Source: Candidatus Acidiferrales bacterium
GTDB lineage: Bacteria; Patescibacteriota; Microgenomatia; Levybacterales; UBA12049
Reading direction: 5' to 3'
Length of the DNA stretch: 58,519 nt
Assembly: GCA_035533875.1 (NCBI GenBank)
Contig: DATLSZ010000033.1
Coordinates: forward strand, 1 to 58,519
Part shown: in pieces, positions 28,371 to 37,372 of the stretch
Layout: the number at the start of each line of letters is the position of its first letter
Numbering within the stretch: the stretch's first letter is position 1
Position numbers and translations under genes: made by a program
The notes under the pieces: model-generated
What the model was told of the DNA's origin: nothing
Databases searched by the model: none
Seen by the model: the letters and a program-made list of their open reading frames with translations, nothing else

Positions 28371-28455
28371 GCTGGGTTGGCGGAGTAGTCAATCGCACCT
28401 CGCTGTAGACGAGGCGGCCGTACGGCCTACGGGAGTGCAAATCTCTCACCCAGCA
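28371..28455 (+). tRNA. trnY: tRNA-Tyr(GUA)
   Basis: Acceptor GCTGGGT/ACCCAGC; anticodon arm CCTCG-CTGTAGA-CGAGG; long variable arm. Confidence 0.95.
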
Positions 28456-28499
28456 CAAGAATAGCTTTTAGCTAACTGCCAAAAGCCAACAGCTAAGTT

Positions 28500-28571
28500 G
28501 CCGACATGGCTCAGTGGTAGAGCAAGTCATTGGTAATGACTAGATCATGGGTCCGATTCCCATTGTCGGCT
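28500..28571 (+). tRNA. trnT: tRNA-Thr(GGU)
   Basis: Acceptor GCCGACA/TGTCGGC; anticodon arm AGTCA-TTGGTAA-TGACT. Confidence 0.95.
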
Positions 28572-28690
28572 CAGAAAATAAACGGTTAATACATCAACTC
28601 TTCCCTTCACGGCTCTTATATGATAAAATATGTGGACGTTATGAGCTTTGATCTATAAACTAGACGCTCAGTGATAAACGCTAAAAAGAT

Positions 28691-28867
28691 ATGGCAAAAA
28701 AAGGAGAACATCGCATAACAATCGGACTCGTGTGCCAGGTTTGCAAAAACCGGAATTATGTTACACAAAAAAATAAAATGGAAACACCTGAGAAATTGGT
28801 ACTGAAGAAATTCTGCAAACACTGCCGCAAAGTAACTGATCACAAAGAAGTAGAGAAATTGAAATAG
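28691..28867 (+). CDS. rpmG: 50S ribosomal protein L33 (below the ORF-track cutoff)
   Basis: 58 aa MAKKGEHRITIGLVCQVCKNRNYVTQKNK...LVLKKFCKHCRKVTDHKE. Confidence 0.96.
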   Translation: MAKKGEHRITIGLVCQVCKNRNYVTQKNKMETPEKLVLKKFCKHCRKVTDHKEVEKLK

Positions 28868-28966
28868 ATATATTTTCAAACTTTTTACTGAGGCGTATGG
28901 TAAGATAGCTTACGATACGCTTTTTTTGTATAATACGAAGGCAATTAGTTATTACTAATTGCGCCT

Positions 28967-29037
28967 AGGGGTATCGGTTAACGGTAAACCAGCGGTCTCC
29001 AAAACCGCGACTGGGGGTTCGATTCCCTCTACCCCTG
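28967..29037 (+). tRNA. trnW: tRNA-Trp(CCA)
   Basis: Acceptor AGGGGTA/TACCCCT; anticodon arm GCGGT-CTCCAAA-ACCGC; canonical TTCGA T-loop. Confidence 0.96.
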
Positions 29038-29058
29038 CTGCACAGACTCGAACCTTTT

Positions 29059-29916
29059 TTATTTTATAAAGTATTGGAGAATTTCAAGAAGTCCATTTTC
29101 ATCTACGGAACCCTTACTTACAAAATATTTTCCTTCACCTTTTGATTTTATATTTTCTTTTAATTCCTCCGTTCCATTTGAAAGGGTTGCACCGTAACCG
29201 CATAACTGGATAAAATTCCAATCACTCGTGCTGTCACCGATACCCAAAACATCATCGAAAGAAATTCCTAGACTTTTAACGATCGCTTCTGCTCCTTCTT
29301 TTTTCGAACTTTCGGGCGCTGTAATGATGCCAAATTGCAGCGGCAACGCGACCGGATGCACTCCCCAACTGATTGATGCTTTTGCGTTAAACTTCTCCAA
29401 AACATCTGAAATCCGCTTTTTATCCTCGTTATCAGCCCCAATTGGCATGATCTTCGTAATCTCGTAATCGCCACTTTCTTCAACAATATCGGTAAGCAAA
29501 ACCGGATCTCGCTGGAGAATGTGTGTATGCTTTATTGTTGTTTCTGATACACTATCTTTTTGAATAAAGTAATCTTCTACTGTGTAGAACTCCACATAAA
29601 CATCTGCCTCCCGCAATGTGTGTAAAATTTCTTTGACCAAGCCTTTATCAAGCACATGTTTCTCAACGATGATCTTATCGATCGGATCAATAATTACGGC
29701 TCCTGCATCTGCAATATGCGGGTTATGCAAATTCGGCTGATTTATTTCTTCTGCTATCGAATAGTGAGGCTTCGCAGTACAAAGACAGACGGCAATTCCT
29801 TTTTCTCTGACCTTTTTTAAGGCCACGACTACATCTGGATGTGGATGAGGAGAATTGTATCCGATCTTTTCACCTATAATAACGCCGTCGACATCAAGAA
29901 TTATTGCTTTTATCAT
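29059..29916 (-). CDS. Cof-type HAD-IIB hydrolase
   Basis: AIILDVDG, CTAK and GIGDSTSD motifs. Confidence 0.85.
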   Translation of the reverse strand: MIKAIILDVDGVIIGEKIGYNSPHPHPDVVVALKKVREKGIAVCLCTAKPHYSIAEEINQPNLHNPHIADAGAVIIDPIDKIIVEKHVLDKGLVKEILHTLREADVYVEFYTVEDYFIQKDSVSETTIKHTHILQRDPVLLTDIVEESGDYEITKIMPIGADNEDKKRISDVLEKFNAKASISWGVHPVALPLQFGIITAPESSKKEGAEAIVKSLGISFDDVLGIGDSTSDWNFIQLCGYGATLSNGTEELKENIKSKGEGKYFVSKGSVDENGLLEILQYFIK

Positions 29917-29951
29917 TACATGAGTATTTTATCAAAGATCAGGCAAAAGAT

Positions 29952-30030
29952 GGAATATAAAACTCACCATTTCGTGCGTAAAAAGTTCTAACGTTGTACC
30001 CAAGCCTCTGCAGATAACTTTTTTCTTCAA
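29952..30030 (+). repeat. att-like repeat R1
   Basis: GGAATATAAAACTCACCATTTCGTGCGTAAAAAGTTCTAACG...GCCTCTGCAGA; 61/70 nt identical to R2. Confidence 0.9.
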
Positions 30031-30072
30031 ACTAAAAAATACGCCAGCAAACACATATCAGTATAAGAAGAT

Positions 30073-30432
30073 TTATTTGAAAAACAGCATTTTAATTGCA
30101 ATCAGTAAAACCGAAAAGCCGAAAATTCTCTCCAGCCATAATGAAGATAAGTTAGTAGCAAACTTAGCACCCAACCATCCTCCGACCAGAAAACCAATAG
30201 CTAAAAACAAAGCTATCTTAATATCAACATACCCTTGCTTATAATAAGCTAATACGGCAAGTAAGCCCACAGGTGGTAAAAGAAGAGCTAGTGTAGTTCC
30301 CTGCGCAACTTTTTGAGTGAGACCGAAAAGATAAATTAGAGCCGGTACAATAATAATGCCTCCACCGATTCCTACTAACCCACTAGCTACACCTGCAAGT
30401 AATCCTAAAAGTAAAATGCCAACGATAACCAT
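30073..30432 (-). CDS. TauE/SafE (TSUP) half-size membrane protein
   Basis: GLVGIGGG..IVP and AQGTTL motifs; 119 aa. Confidence 0.85.
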   Translation of the reverse strand: MVIVGILLLGLLAGVASGLVGIGGGIIIVPALIYLFGLTQKVAQGTTLALLLPPVGLLAVLAYYKQGYVDIKIALFLAIGFLVGGWLGAKFATNLSSLWLERIFGFSVLLIAIKMLFFK

Positions 30433-30483
30433 AGTATGTATACTTTACCTGAAACAGAAGATACTGTATAATTATCGTCGGAT

Positions 30484-31305
30484 ATGTCCGATAAATTAGA
30501 TAAAATTCAGCATAGATTAGCAGAAAAACTTAGTGCTTTTGGACTAAGTGATGTTGAAGCAAAAATTTATCTTCATTTACTCAATAAAGAGCCGAAAACA
30601 ACAACTGAGATTGCAAAAGAGCTTGAGCTTCCGCGAACATCCGTCTATGATAATTCACAAAAATTGCTAACAAAAGGTCTTGTTACGAGTGTTAAAAAAT
30701 ATAAAAGTCAGAAGTTGCAAGCTTTGTCTATCGATATATTGCAGACAATTATCACAAAAGAAAAAGAGAATATTGAACGTTTGGAAGAGAACTTCATTCA
30801 GTTAAAAGAAAACATCCAGCTTTCTTTTAACCCTTCATACAATACAGAAATCAAGTATTATCATGGCAAGCAAGGACTTATGCAAATGATGTGGAATACC
30901 CTTTCAGCTAAAGATGAAATTGTCCGGTATCCTGAATACGGCAGAATTGAAGTTGTAGGGAAAAAATTTTTCTTATCATGGGCTCATGAAATAATTGAAA
31001 AAAAGATTATTGAGAAAGCACTTATTAACCCAAAACCTGAATCACTTCGTCATTTTTTAGAAACAGATCAACATGCTTTAAGAATGGTCTATCAATATAC
31101 CCGAACATTGCCCGAGGATACGTTATATGTCTCTGGAGACACAACGATTTATAATAATACCTTTGCAGTTAGTTATTGGAAACAAGGAGAAATAGTAGGT
31201 GTGGAGATAGAGAATCCCGAACTGGTAAAAACACAAAAATCTATTTTTGAAACATTATGGAAAATCTCAAAACCCGTCGATTATTCCAATTTTGGAACAA
31301 ATTGA
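30484..31305 (+). CDS. TrmB-like transcriptional regulator
   Basis: GLS..EAKIYL.LL, IAKEL.LPRTSVY...KLL.KGLV HTH; C-terminal PLD-like effector (IYNNTFA...). Confidence 0.85.
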   Translation: MSDKLDKIQHRLAEKLSAFGLSDVEAKIYLHLLNKEPKTTTEIAKELELPRTSVYDNSQKLLTKGLVTSVKKYKSQKLQALSIDILQTIITKEKENIERLEENFIQLKENIQLSFNPSYNTEIKYYHGKQGLMQMMWNTLSAKDEIVRYPEYGRIEVVGKKFFLSWAHEIIEKKIIEKALINPKPESLRHFLETDQHALRMVYQYTRTLPEDTLYVSGDTTIYNNTFAVSYWKQGEIVGVEIENPELVKTQKSIFETLWKISKPVDYSNFGTN

Positions 31306-31320
31306 GAAAATAAAAAATTT

Positions 31321-31400
31321 GGAATATAAAACTTACCATTTTGTGCGTAAAAGGTTCTAACGTCGTACACGAGCCCCTGCTGATGACTTTTTAGCTTCAA
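31321..31400 (+). repeat. att-like repeat R2
   Basis: GGAATATAAAACTTACCATTTTGTGCGTAAAAGGTTCTAACGTCGTACACGAGCCCCTGCTGATGACTTTTTAGCTTCAA. Confidence 0.9.
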
Positions 31401-31461
31401 TTTGTGCCTAAAAAATCCCCTATCCACAACTATACGTTAGCACCTCTGGTATAATTCTCTT

Positions 31462-32226
31462 ATGAAACTCATGTCCTACAATATCCTTGATGGCGGAGTT
31501 GATCGCCTCCCTCTCATTATTGATGCTATTAAAAAAGAAGCTCCTGATTATCTCACCATAAACGAAGCAAATACGTTTGCGCAAGATGATAATAAGATTT
31601 TGAAAGAATTGACTCAACAGATTGATCTTCCCTATTTCGATGTTGCTTTATCAGAGGAATATGATTACCATGTTGCCGCTTTTTCTAAATATCCTTTTAA
31701 GCATACCACCAAACCCCACCCGTTGACGAGAGCTTGCCTAATAACGCTCATTGATACAGACTTGGGAGAGCTTTCGGTCGCCAGTCTACATCTTACTCCT
31801 TATGCAGAAGATCTACGACACCCAGAAATAGACTTAATTATCAAAGCCCAAAAACAATATGAAAACCGAATTTTAATGGGAGATATGAATTCTCTTTCAC
31901 AAAGTGACAACTATGATTCGCAAATAATACAACAGTTTACTGTGGCTCAGCTTAAAAAATTTACAACCGACACACAAATACGTTTTGATGCGATAAATAA
32001 AATACTCTCAGTTGGTTATTATGACGTTGCAAAGGAACTGGAGAAAAATAAAGAAAATACTGTTCCTACACCTACTAGTAAAGATACTTCTCATTCTCAG
32101 ATGAGATTGGATTACATATTTATTTCTGACTCACTTCTTCCTCATCTGAAAGATTATTCAGTAGTAAAAAATAAAATAACTGATAAAGCATCAGATCACT
32201 ATCCAATCATCGCAGAATTGAAGTAA
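31462..32226 (+). CDS. Endonuclease/exonuclease/phosphatase (EEP) family protein
   Basis: MSYNI, INE, LHL, MGDMNS, RLDYIF and SDHYP motifs. Confidence 0.9.
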   Translation: MKLMSYNILDGGVDRLPLIIDAIKKEAPDYLTINEANTFAQDDNKILKELTQQIDLPYFDVALSEEYDYHVAAFSKYPFKHTTKPHPLTRACLITLIDTDLGELSVASLHLTPYAEDLRHPEIDLIIKAQKQYENRILMGDMNSLSQSDNYDSQIIQQFTVAQLKKFTTDTQIRFDAINKILSVGYYDVAKELEKNKENTVPTPTSKDTSHSQMRLDYIFISDSLLPHLKDYSVVKNKITDKASDHYPIIAELK

Positions 32227-32234
32227 TAGATCCC

Positions 32235-32277
32235 ATTCGCTACGACTTATCCCCTGCTGACAATTTTTAGCTTTGAA
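32235..32277 (+). repeat. att-like repeat R3
   Basis: TTCGCTACGACTTATCCCCTGCTGACAATTTTTAGCTTTGAA. Confidence 0.75.
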
Positions 32278-32344
32278 TACCCTACTCTACGTGATTCGTA
32301 TCATTGTAAAATTATTCTTATTGAATTACCATTGGTATACATTT

Positions 32345-32866
32345 ATGCAATATAAATTGCTCAGGCAGAGTCATCTAATACTCGTAGCACGCTTAATAGG
32401 GTTGGATATAATAATAACCATTCTTTATCTTTTTTTCAGAATTTCCATTACTGTCCTTCAGTTGTTACAGGTAAGTACTGCGGGTTTTTATGGAGTCAGC
32501 ATCATCGATATTGTTTATTTTATCATTATAACTGTTGCTGAATTAACTTTAGGCACCTGGATTGTGCTTTCATGGGCTAATGAAGAATGGGAAATTAAAG
32601 AAGGGGTAATCTTTCATCGAAGAGGAATTTTTCATATGAAAGAAGATGCTTACTCTCTCAAACAGATTGGTTCAACGACATTAAATCAAGGTTTATTAGG
32701 TAAATTATTTAATTATGGCACCATTAAGATCTTTAGCCCCCTTTTAAAACAAGATTATTATCTGATGAATATTCATAATCCAAGAGAGATTGCCAAAACA
32801 CTTGAAGATGAGGTTGCTGGTACAAACCAAAAACATGGAACAAATATTTTCTTTAAAAAAAGCTGA
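32345..32866 (+). CDS. Bacterial PH-domain membrane protein
   Basis: Two TM segments, then RRGIF...QGLLGKLFNYGTIKI...NIHNP. Confidence 0.75.
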   Translation: MQYKLLRQSHLILVARLIGLDIIITILYLFFRISITVLQLLQVSTAGFYGVSIIDIVYFIIITVAELTLGTWIVLSWANEEWEIKEGVIFHRRGIFHMKEDAYSLKQIGSTTLNQGLLGKLFNYGTIKIFSPLLKQDYYLMNIHNPREIAKTLEDEVAGTNQKHGTNIFFKKS

Positions 32867-32933
32867 TTATCAAAATATATTAACCCTCTACTGTGCATCA
32901 GAATTTCTGTTATAATTTATTTGGGAGGTCATC

Positions 32934-33323
32934 ATGAAATCTCAACACCTTATCACTTGGATTAGCTTAGCAGGAATAATAGGAGCACTCTTTGGTATCT
33001 TTTATGCATTCTTCGGACTTAATGGCCTACCGGTGTATCAAAAATTAGTACCTGCTACTGTCTATACATCTTGGAGCAACGGACTTTACGGAGCTGTTTT
33101 TATCGGTTTTAGTGTGTTGCTTTTCTTAATCGGCAGACATGCATTCAAGAATAAGGATAAATTTCTTATGAAAGCACTTCTTTATGGATTGGCATCTTGG
33201 TTGATTGTTGAAGCATCCTTTTCTTTCTATTATGGTATTTATTTCAATATAGGTGTCGACGTATTTCTCATGATTTTCATAGGCTTCCCACTCGTAGTTG
33301 GCATACGTTCAAAAAAAACCTAA
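32934..33323 (+). CDS. Hypothetical membrane protein
   Basis: 129-aa ORF with about 4 TM segments and a GGAGG SD. Confidence 0.75.
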   Translation: MKSQHLITWISLAGIIGALFGIFYAFFGLNGLPVYQKLVPATVYTSWSNGLYGAVFIGFSVLLFLIGRHAFKNKDKFLMKALLYGLASWLIVEASFSFYYGIYFNIGVDVFLMIFIGFPLVVGIRSKKT

Positions 33324-33390
33324 CTATAGTGGAACTTCTTGAAAGAAGAAATAGGTTCCTACAAAGTTGTCCTTCGATACTTCAGGACCC

Positions 33391-33428
33391 TCGACTTAGC
33401 CCCTGCAGATATTTTAACTGGATTCGAA
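33391..33428 (+). repeat. att-like repeat R4
   Basis: TCGACTTAGCCCCTGCAGATATTTTAAC; shares CGACTTA-CCCCTGC-GA with R3. Confidence 0.65.
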
Positions 33429-33481
33429 TTTTCTAGTAGAATAGGTGCTATGACGAAACGAGATCAAAATATATCTGAAGT

Positions 33482-34450
33482 CTACATTAAAGAAGTAAGG
33501 TGGTCCAGTACTTCCTGATAATCACACATTGCAAGACATATTCCTTGGTCGCCTGATCCGTAGTATACATAAAGGTTTTCTCCAAATACCACAGCTCCTT
33601 CCGGGAAAGCAACATGATTTACCACCCCGTGCCTTTCACGTTCTGTTTCAGGTCTGAGAACATGGTCAACATTTGCCAGGATCTTTCGTGGGTCATGCAG
33701 ATCAAGAAGCGCTGCGCTGATTGACCACTCTGTATGGTCATTGACCGTACTGAGCGCGCTATAAATAAAAAGCCATCCATGAGGCGTCTTGATAGGCACC
33801 GCTCCTACTTCATTTCCCCTGCCATCACTTGGCCGGAATACTACTTGATCCTCATATTCTTCATTCACGATCCGGTTCATTTTTTCTTGTGAGGGATAAA
33901 ACAAGTCATAAAGATCATCAAATTGAGCCATCATAATGGTCGCTTTTGGACTTTCCAGCTCAAAGGTAAAGAGCATTGTGTATTTCCCATTAATCTTTTC
34001 AGGAAAAAGGCATGCTGCTTTTGAAAAAAGATCCGGTCCTACTATTCCGTGTTTGTTCCAGTGAATAAAATCCTTACTGGTGGCCAAAGCAATTCTCACC
34101 TTTTGTTCATGTCCCGAGCCTCCCACAGCTGTATAATAGCAGTAATATACTCCATCAATTTTGGTTATCCGGGGATCTTCACATCCCATACCGTTCTCAT
34201 AACTTTCTGTAGGGGCAATAAGGGGTTCTTCAAATCTTTCAAAATGCATACCATCAACACTTTCCGCATATCCGAGAGACGATATATATGCGCCTTCCTG
34301 GTCAGGATGGACGTCATTGGTTGCTCGATACATCATTCGAAAAAATCCATTTTCATAAATTACCCCAGGATTCAGAACAGATCCTCTTTCCCAATCATGG
34401 TTGGGATTCAATTCAAGAATTGGATCCCCCCGAAAACGTTTTAGTTTCAT
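33482..34450 (-). CDS. GH130-like glycosidase/phosphorylase (5-bladed beta-propeller)
   Basis: NPIL, LNPGV, M.YRA, GCEDPRIT, K.A.LFPEKINGKY, FPEGAV and YVYYG motifs. Confidence 0.85.
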   Translation of the reverse strand: MKLKRFRGDPILELNPNHDWERGSVLNPGVIYENGFFRMMYRATNDVHPDQEGAYISSLGYAESVDGMHFERFEEPLIAPTESYENGMGCEDPRITKIDGVYYCYYTAVGGSGHEQKVRIALATSKDFIHWNKHGIVGPDLFSKAACLFPEKINGKYTMLFTFELESPKATIMMAQFDDLYDLFYPSQEKMNRIVNEEYEDQVVFRPSDGRGNEVGAVPIKTPHGWLFIYSALSTVNDHTEWSISAALLDLHDPRKILANVDHVLRPETERERHGVVNHVAFPEGAVVFGENLYVYYGSGDQGICLAMCDYQEVLDHLTSLM

Positions 34451-34586
34451 ATAATTATTGTAACACTATCACTAATTTAATTGTCAAGTAAATAAAGTAC
34501 CACTTGATTCCTTATTCCTCTGAGAAAGAATATATATAGTGATCTTAATCACACTTTTTCTTATGATAAAATTGTATCATGAACAT

Positions 34587-35108
34587 ATGAAGAAAAGTCG
34601 TTTTTTTATTATTATTTTCACAATACTTCTTATTGGTGCAGCCAGCATTGCATTTATCCTCTATAACAGGGTGCAAGCTCAACAAAAAATCCATTATCAT
34701 GCTGGTTTTGTGGTGTTTAAGAACAATACAAAGCTTAGTTTTTCCGATAAGAAATACATGTATACGAAACCTTGCACGCTTAATGGAAAAGAAGATACGA
34801 CAAATGAAAATGACCAACTGGAAAAAGCACATTTGCACGATAATGTCGGGGATGTCGTCCATATTGAAAGAAGTGGTGCAGTTTGGCAAGATTTATTCAC
34901 AAACATTAAATTCCCTCTTGATTACAGCAAAACTGAAGGATTTATCAACGGACAAAAAGTAACAAACTATCAAACACAACCGATCAAACCAGATGATAGT
35001 CTTGTTGTTTTTATGGGAAATAATGATATTACAAAAGACTTAAAACAAGCTCCTACAAAAGATTACATGGAGCGAATGGCAAAGAAAAGTGGTACTTGTA
35101 GTGACTGA
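34587..35108 (+). CDS. Membrane-anchored hypothetical protein with His motifs
   Basis: N-terminal TM; HYH, HLHD and VVH motifs; start 34587 is 6 nt after TATCAT. Confidence 0.7.
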   Translation: MKKSRFFIIIFTILLIGAASIAFILYNRVQAQQKIHYHAGFVVFKNNTKLSFSDKKYMYTKPCTLNGKEDTTNENDQLEKAHLHDNVGDVVHIERSGAVWQDLFTNIKFPLDYSKTEGFINGQKVTNYQTQPIKPDDSLVVFMGNNDITKDLKQAPTKDYMERMAKKSGTCSD

Positions 35109-35121
35109 TTACCTATAAATT

Positions 35122-35199
35122 GGAATATAAAATCAGCATTTTGTGCGTAATAAGTTCTAACGTCATACACGAGCCCCTTCATTAAAACTTAGTTTCAAA
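35122..35199 (+). repeat. att-like repeat R5
   Basis: GGAATATAAAATCAGCATTTTGTGCGTAATAAGTTCTAACGTCATACACGAGCCCCTTC, clearly homologous to R1 and R2. Confidence 0.88.
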
Positions 35200-35254
35200 T
35201 AACTATATCAAACTATACTACCCTGAGCCGATTCGAACTTTAACCTCAGAAATC

Positions 35255-35284
35255 TTGACAATAGCACTTCCCTCGTGAGATAAT
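35255..35284 (+). promoter_or_regulatory. Sigma70 promoter
   Basis: TTGACA-N18-GATAAT just upstream of the riboswitch. Confidence 0.6.
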
Positions 35285-35292
35285 TTACCTAC

Positions 35293-35340
35293 AAGCGATG
35301 AAGTTCGCTTCTAAATGCCTCAAAAGCTAATGACTTCTAC
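35293..35340 (+). promoter_or_regulatory. Fluoride (crcB) riboswitch
   Basis: AAGCGATGAAGTTCGCTT-CTAAATGC...GCTAATGACTTCTAC matches the crcB motif GATG..GTTC.CC...GCT.ATGAC..CTAC. Confidence 0.82.
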
Positions 35341-35362
35341 CATACGTGGTAGGAGTTTTTTT
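35333..35362 (+). terminator. Riboswitch terminator overlapping the aptamer 3' end
   Basis: ACTTCTACCA-TACG-TGGTAGGAGT followed by a T-tract. Confidence 0.78.
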
Positions 35363-35384
35363 ATTTTTAACTCCCATCTATTTT

Positions 35385-36536
35385 ATGTCAATTTTCTTAG
35401 TTGCGACTATTTTTTTTGGTTTAGTTTTCTTTGCCAGTCTCATCTCAATTGAGTACGGAATTGCGGCGGCAATATCGGAAATTTTCTTTGGTGTTATTGC
35501 TGGGAATTTTCTTCATGTACCAACACATCTTGCTGTTCTTTCATTCCTTGCCTCTTTTGGCAGTATTTATCTTACCTTTCAAGCTGGAACAGAAGTTGAT
35601 GTTAAGCTATTCAAAAAGCATTGGATGGAGGCGTTTCTCATTGGTGGAGGTTCTTTTGTTGTTCCTTTTATCGCAGAATTTTTAGCTGCTTACTATTGGC
35701 TTCACTGGACGTTCGGTGCATCGGAGATCGCTGCTCTTGCTCTTTCAACAACATCACTTGCGGTAGTATACTCGGTTCTTGTCGAAACTGGACTGTCATC
35801 AACCAATTTTGGTAAGAGATTAATGGCTGCAACCTTTGTAGAAGATGCTTTAACGGCTGTATTCTTAACGCTTCTTTTCCTTCATGTGAATTGGTATACG
35901 TTTTTCTTCATCATTGCATCAATCGTTATTTTGATCGGGTTGCCAAAATTATATCCGATGATTGTGAAGAAATTTGGTAACAAAGTGGTTGAGCCAGAGT
36001 TGAAATTTTTATTCTTTTGTCTTTTTATTCTGTTGTGGCTTGGAAGTGCAGGTAATAATCAGCCGGGACTTCCAGTATTTTTCTTGGGTCTTTTGCTTTC
36101 GCCTTTCCTAACAAAAAATGAAGCATTACGAAAAAAGATGAGAACCATTGCCTTTGCAATGATAACACCCTTCTTTTTCTTTCAAGGTGGACTGAATGTT
36201 GATTTACGTTTTGTCTTAGCAGGCTTAGGAGTTTTTATCGCACTTCTTCTTATAAAGCTTATAACGAAATTTATCGGTGTCTGGCCATTTGCCAAAAAGT
36301 ATCATGGAGCAAATAGCATGTTTACCACACTGCTTATGAGTACCGGGCTTACCTTTGGAACGATTTCTTCATTGTATGGATTAAATAATCATATTATTTC
36401 TGTCCAACAATTCTCCCTTTTGATTACTGCCGTTATTATATCTGCTATTCTTCCTACTATTGTTGCTTTGAAATTCTATCCACCGAAAACAGAAAAATTA
36501 AAAGATATTATTACAACTGAAGGCGCAGAGGGATAA
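35385..36536 (+). CDS. Cation:proton antiporter (CPA2-like)
   Basis: About 12 TM segments; LTFQAGTEVD, STTS.AVV, AATFVED and FFF..GL.VD motifs. Confidence 0.85.
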   Translation: MSIFLVATIFFGLVFFASLISIEYGIAAAISEIFFGVIAGNFLHVPTHLAVLSFLASFGSIYLTFQAGTEVDVKLFKKHWMEAFLIGGGSFVVPFIAEFLAAYYWLHWTFGASEIAALALSTTSLAVVYSVLVETGLSSTNFGKRLMAATFVEDALTAVFLTLLFLHVNWYTFFFIIASIVILIGLPKLYPMIVKKFGNKVVEPELKFLFFCLFILLWLGSAGNNQPGLPVFFLGLLLSPFLTKNEALRKKMRTIAFAMITPFFFFQGGLNVDLRFVLAGLGVFIALLLIKLITKFIGVWPFAKKYHGANSMFTTLLMSTGLTFGTISSLYGLNNHIISVQQFSLLITAVIISAILPTIVALKFYPPKTEKLKDIITTEGAEG

Positions 36537-36574
36537 TGATAACTAATTATAAATTATAAAAATACGTCCATCCA

Positions 36575-36610
36575 ATTCACTCTGCCCCTGCTGATCACTT
36601 TTATATTCAA
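36575..36610 (+). repeat. att-like repeat R6
   Basis: TTCACTCTGCCCCTGCTGATCACTTTTATATTCAA. Confidence 0.7.
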
Positions 36611-36676
36611 ATTCTCTTTTTCTTAACCTCGACGGCGGAAGGACTCTAACCTTATATCTGATGCTATAATGATAAA

Positions 36677-37237
36677 GTGCAAGCACTGTTGGGTTTTTCA
36701 GCTTTAGTTTTAAACGTAATAGGATATATTCCCTATATTCGCGATATCTTTCGAAAAAAAGTAAAACCTCATCCATATACCTGGGTTATTTGGACAATTC
36801 TTACAACTATTTTAGCATTTAACCAAATAATAAATGGAGGAGGTTATTCTTCACTTTTCTTTATTAGTACAGCTATTCTGGTAGGATTTGTTTTTATCCT
36901 CTCACTCCATTTTGGCATGGGAGATACTTCAAAAATTGATCGCATTTGCCTTATCTTAGCCTCCATTCTTTTATTTTATTGGTTAACTACTCATGATACA
37001 CGGATTAGCACGATTTATGCAGTCATCATTGATGGAATTGGAGCTGTACCTACTCTGATAAAAACATATAATCATCCAACGAGTGAAACATATATTCAAT
37101 GGGTATTATCATCACTTGCCGGTTTATTAACCTTGCTCTCGGTGCCTATGTCTGATTGGATACTGTTAATCTATCCTTTCTATGTCTTTTTAATGGATGG
37201 TGCTATTGTAAGTATCAAATATTTCCGAGAACGATGA
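36677..37237 (+). CDS. Hypothetical membrane protein, PQ-loop-like internal duplication
   Basis: IPYIRDI..K..KP..YTW and VPTLIKTY..P..E..IQW repeats; GTG start 6 nt after TGCTATAAT. Confidence 0.7.
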   Translation: MQALLGFSALVLNVIGYIPYIRDIFRKKVKPHPYTWVIWTILTTILAFNQIINGGGYSSLFFISTAILVGFVFILSLHFGMGDTSKIDRICLILASILLFYWLTTHDTRISTIYAVIIDGIGAVPTLIKTYNHPTSETYIQWVLSSLAGLLTLLSVPMSDWILLIYPFYVFLMDGAIVSIKYFRER

Positions 37238-37267
37238 AACTAACTTTTAAATGTATTTCAAAAAAAA

Positions 37268-37330
37268 CGTTCTGACAACGTTGTTCATCTCCTGCTGCAT
37301 TTTTTAGCCTCAATTTATGCCCTAAAACCC
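37268..37330 (+). repeat. att-like repeat R7
   Basis: CTCCTGCTGCATTTTTTAGCCTCAATTTATGCCCTAAAA, homologous to the right flank of R2. Confidence 0.75.
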
Positions 37331-37372
37331 TCGCCCGCAATAGTACGTCCGCACTTCTGATATAATTACGTT

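Noticed and set aside
26705-28867. Zn-binding (C+) forms of L28 and L33
   Set aside because: This is an ordinary, well-known variant.
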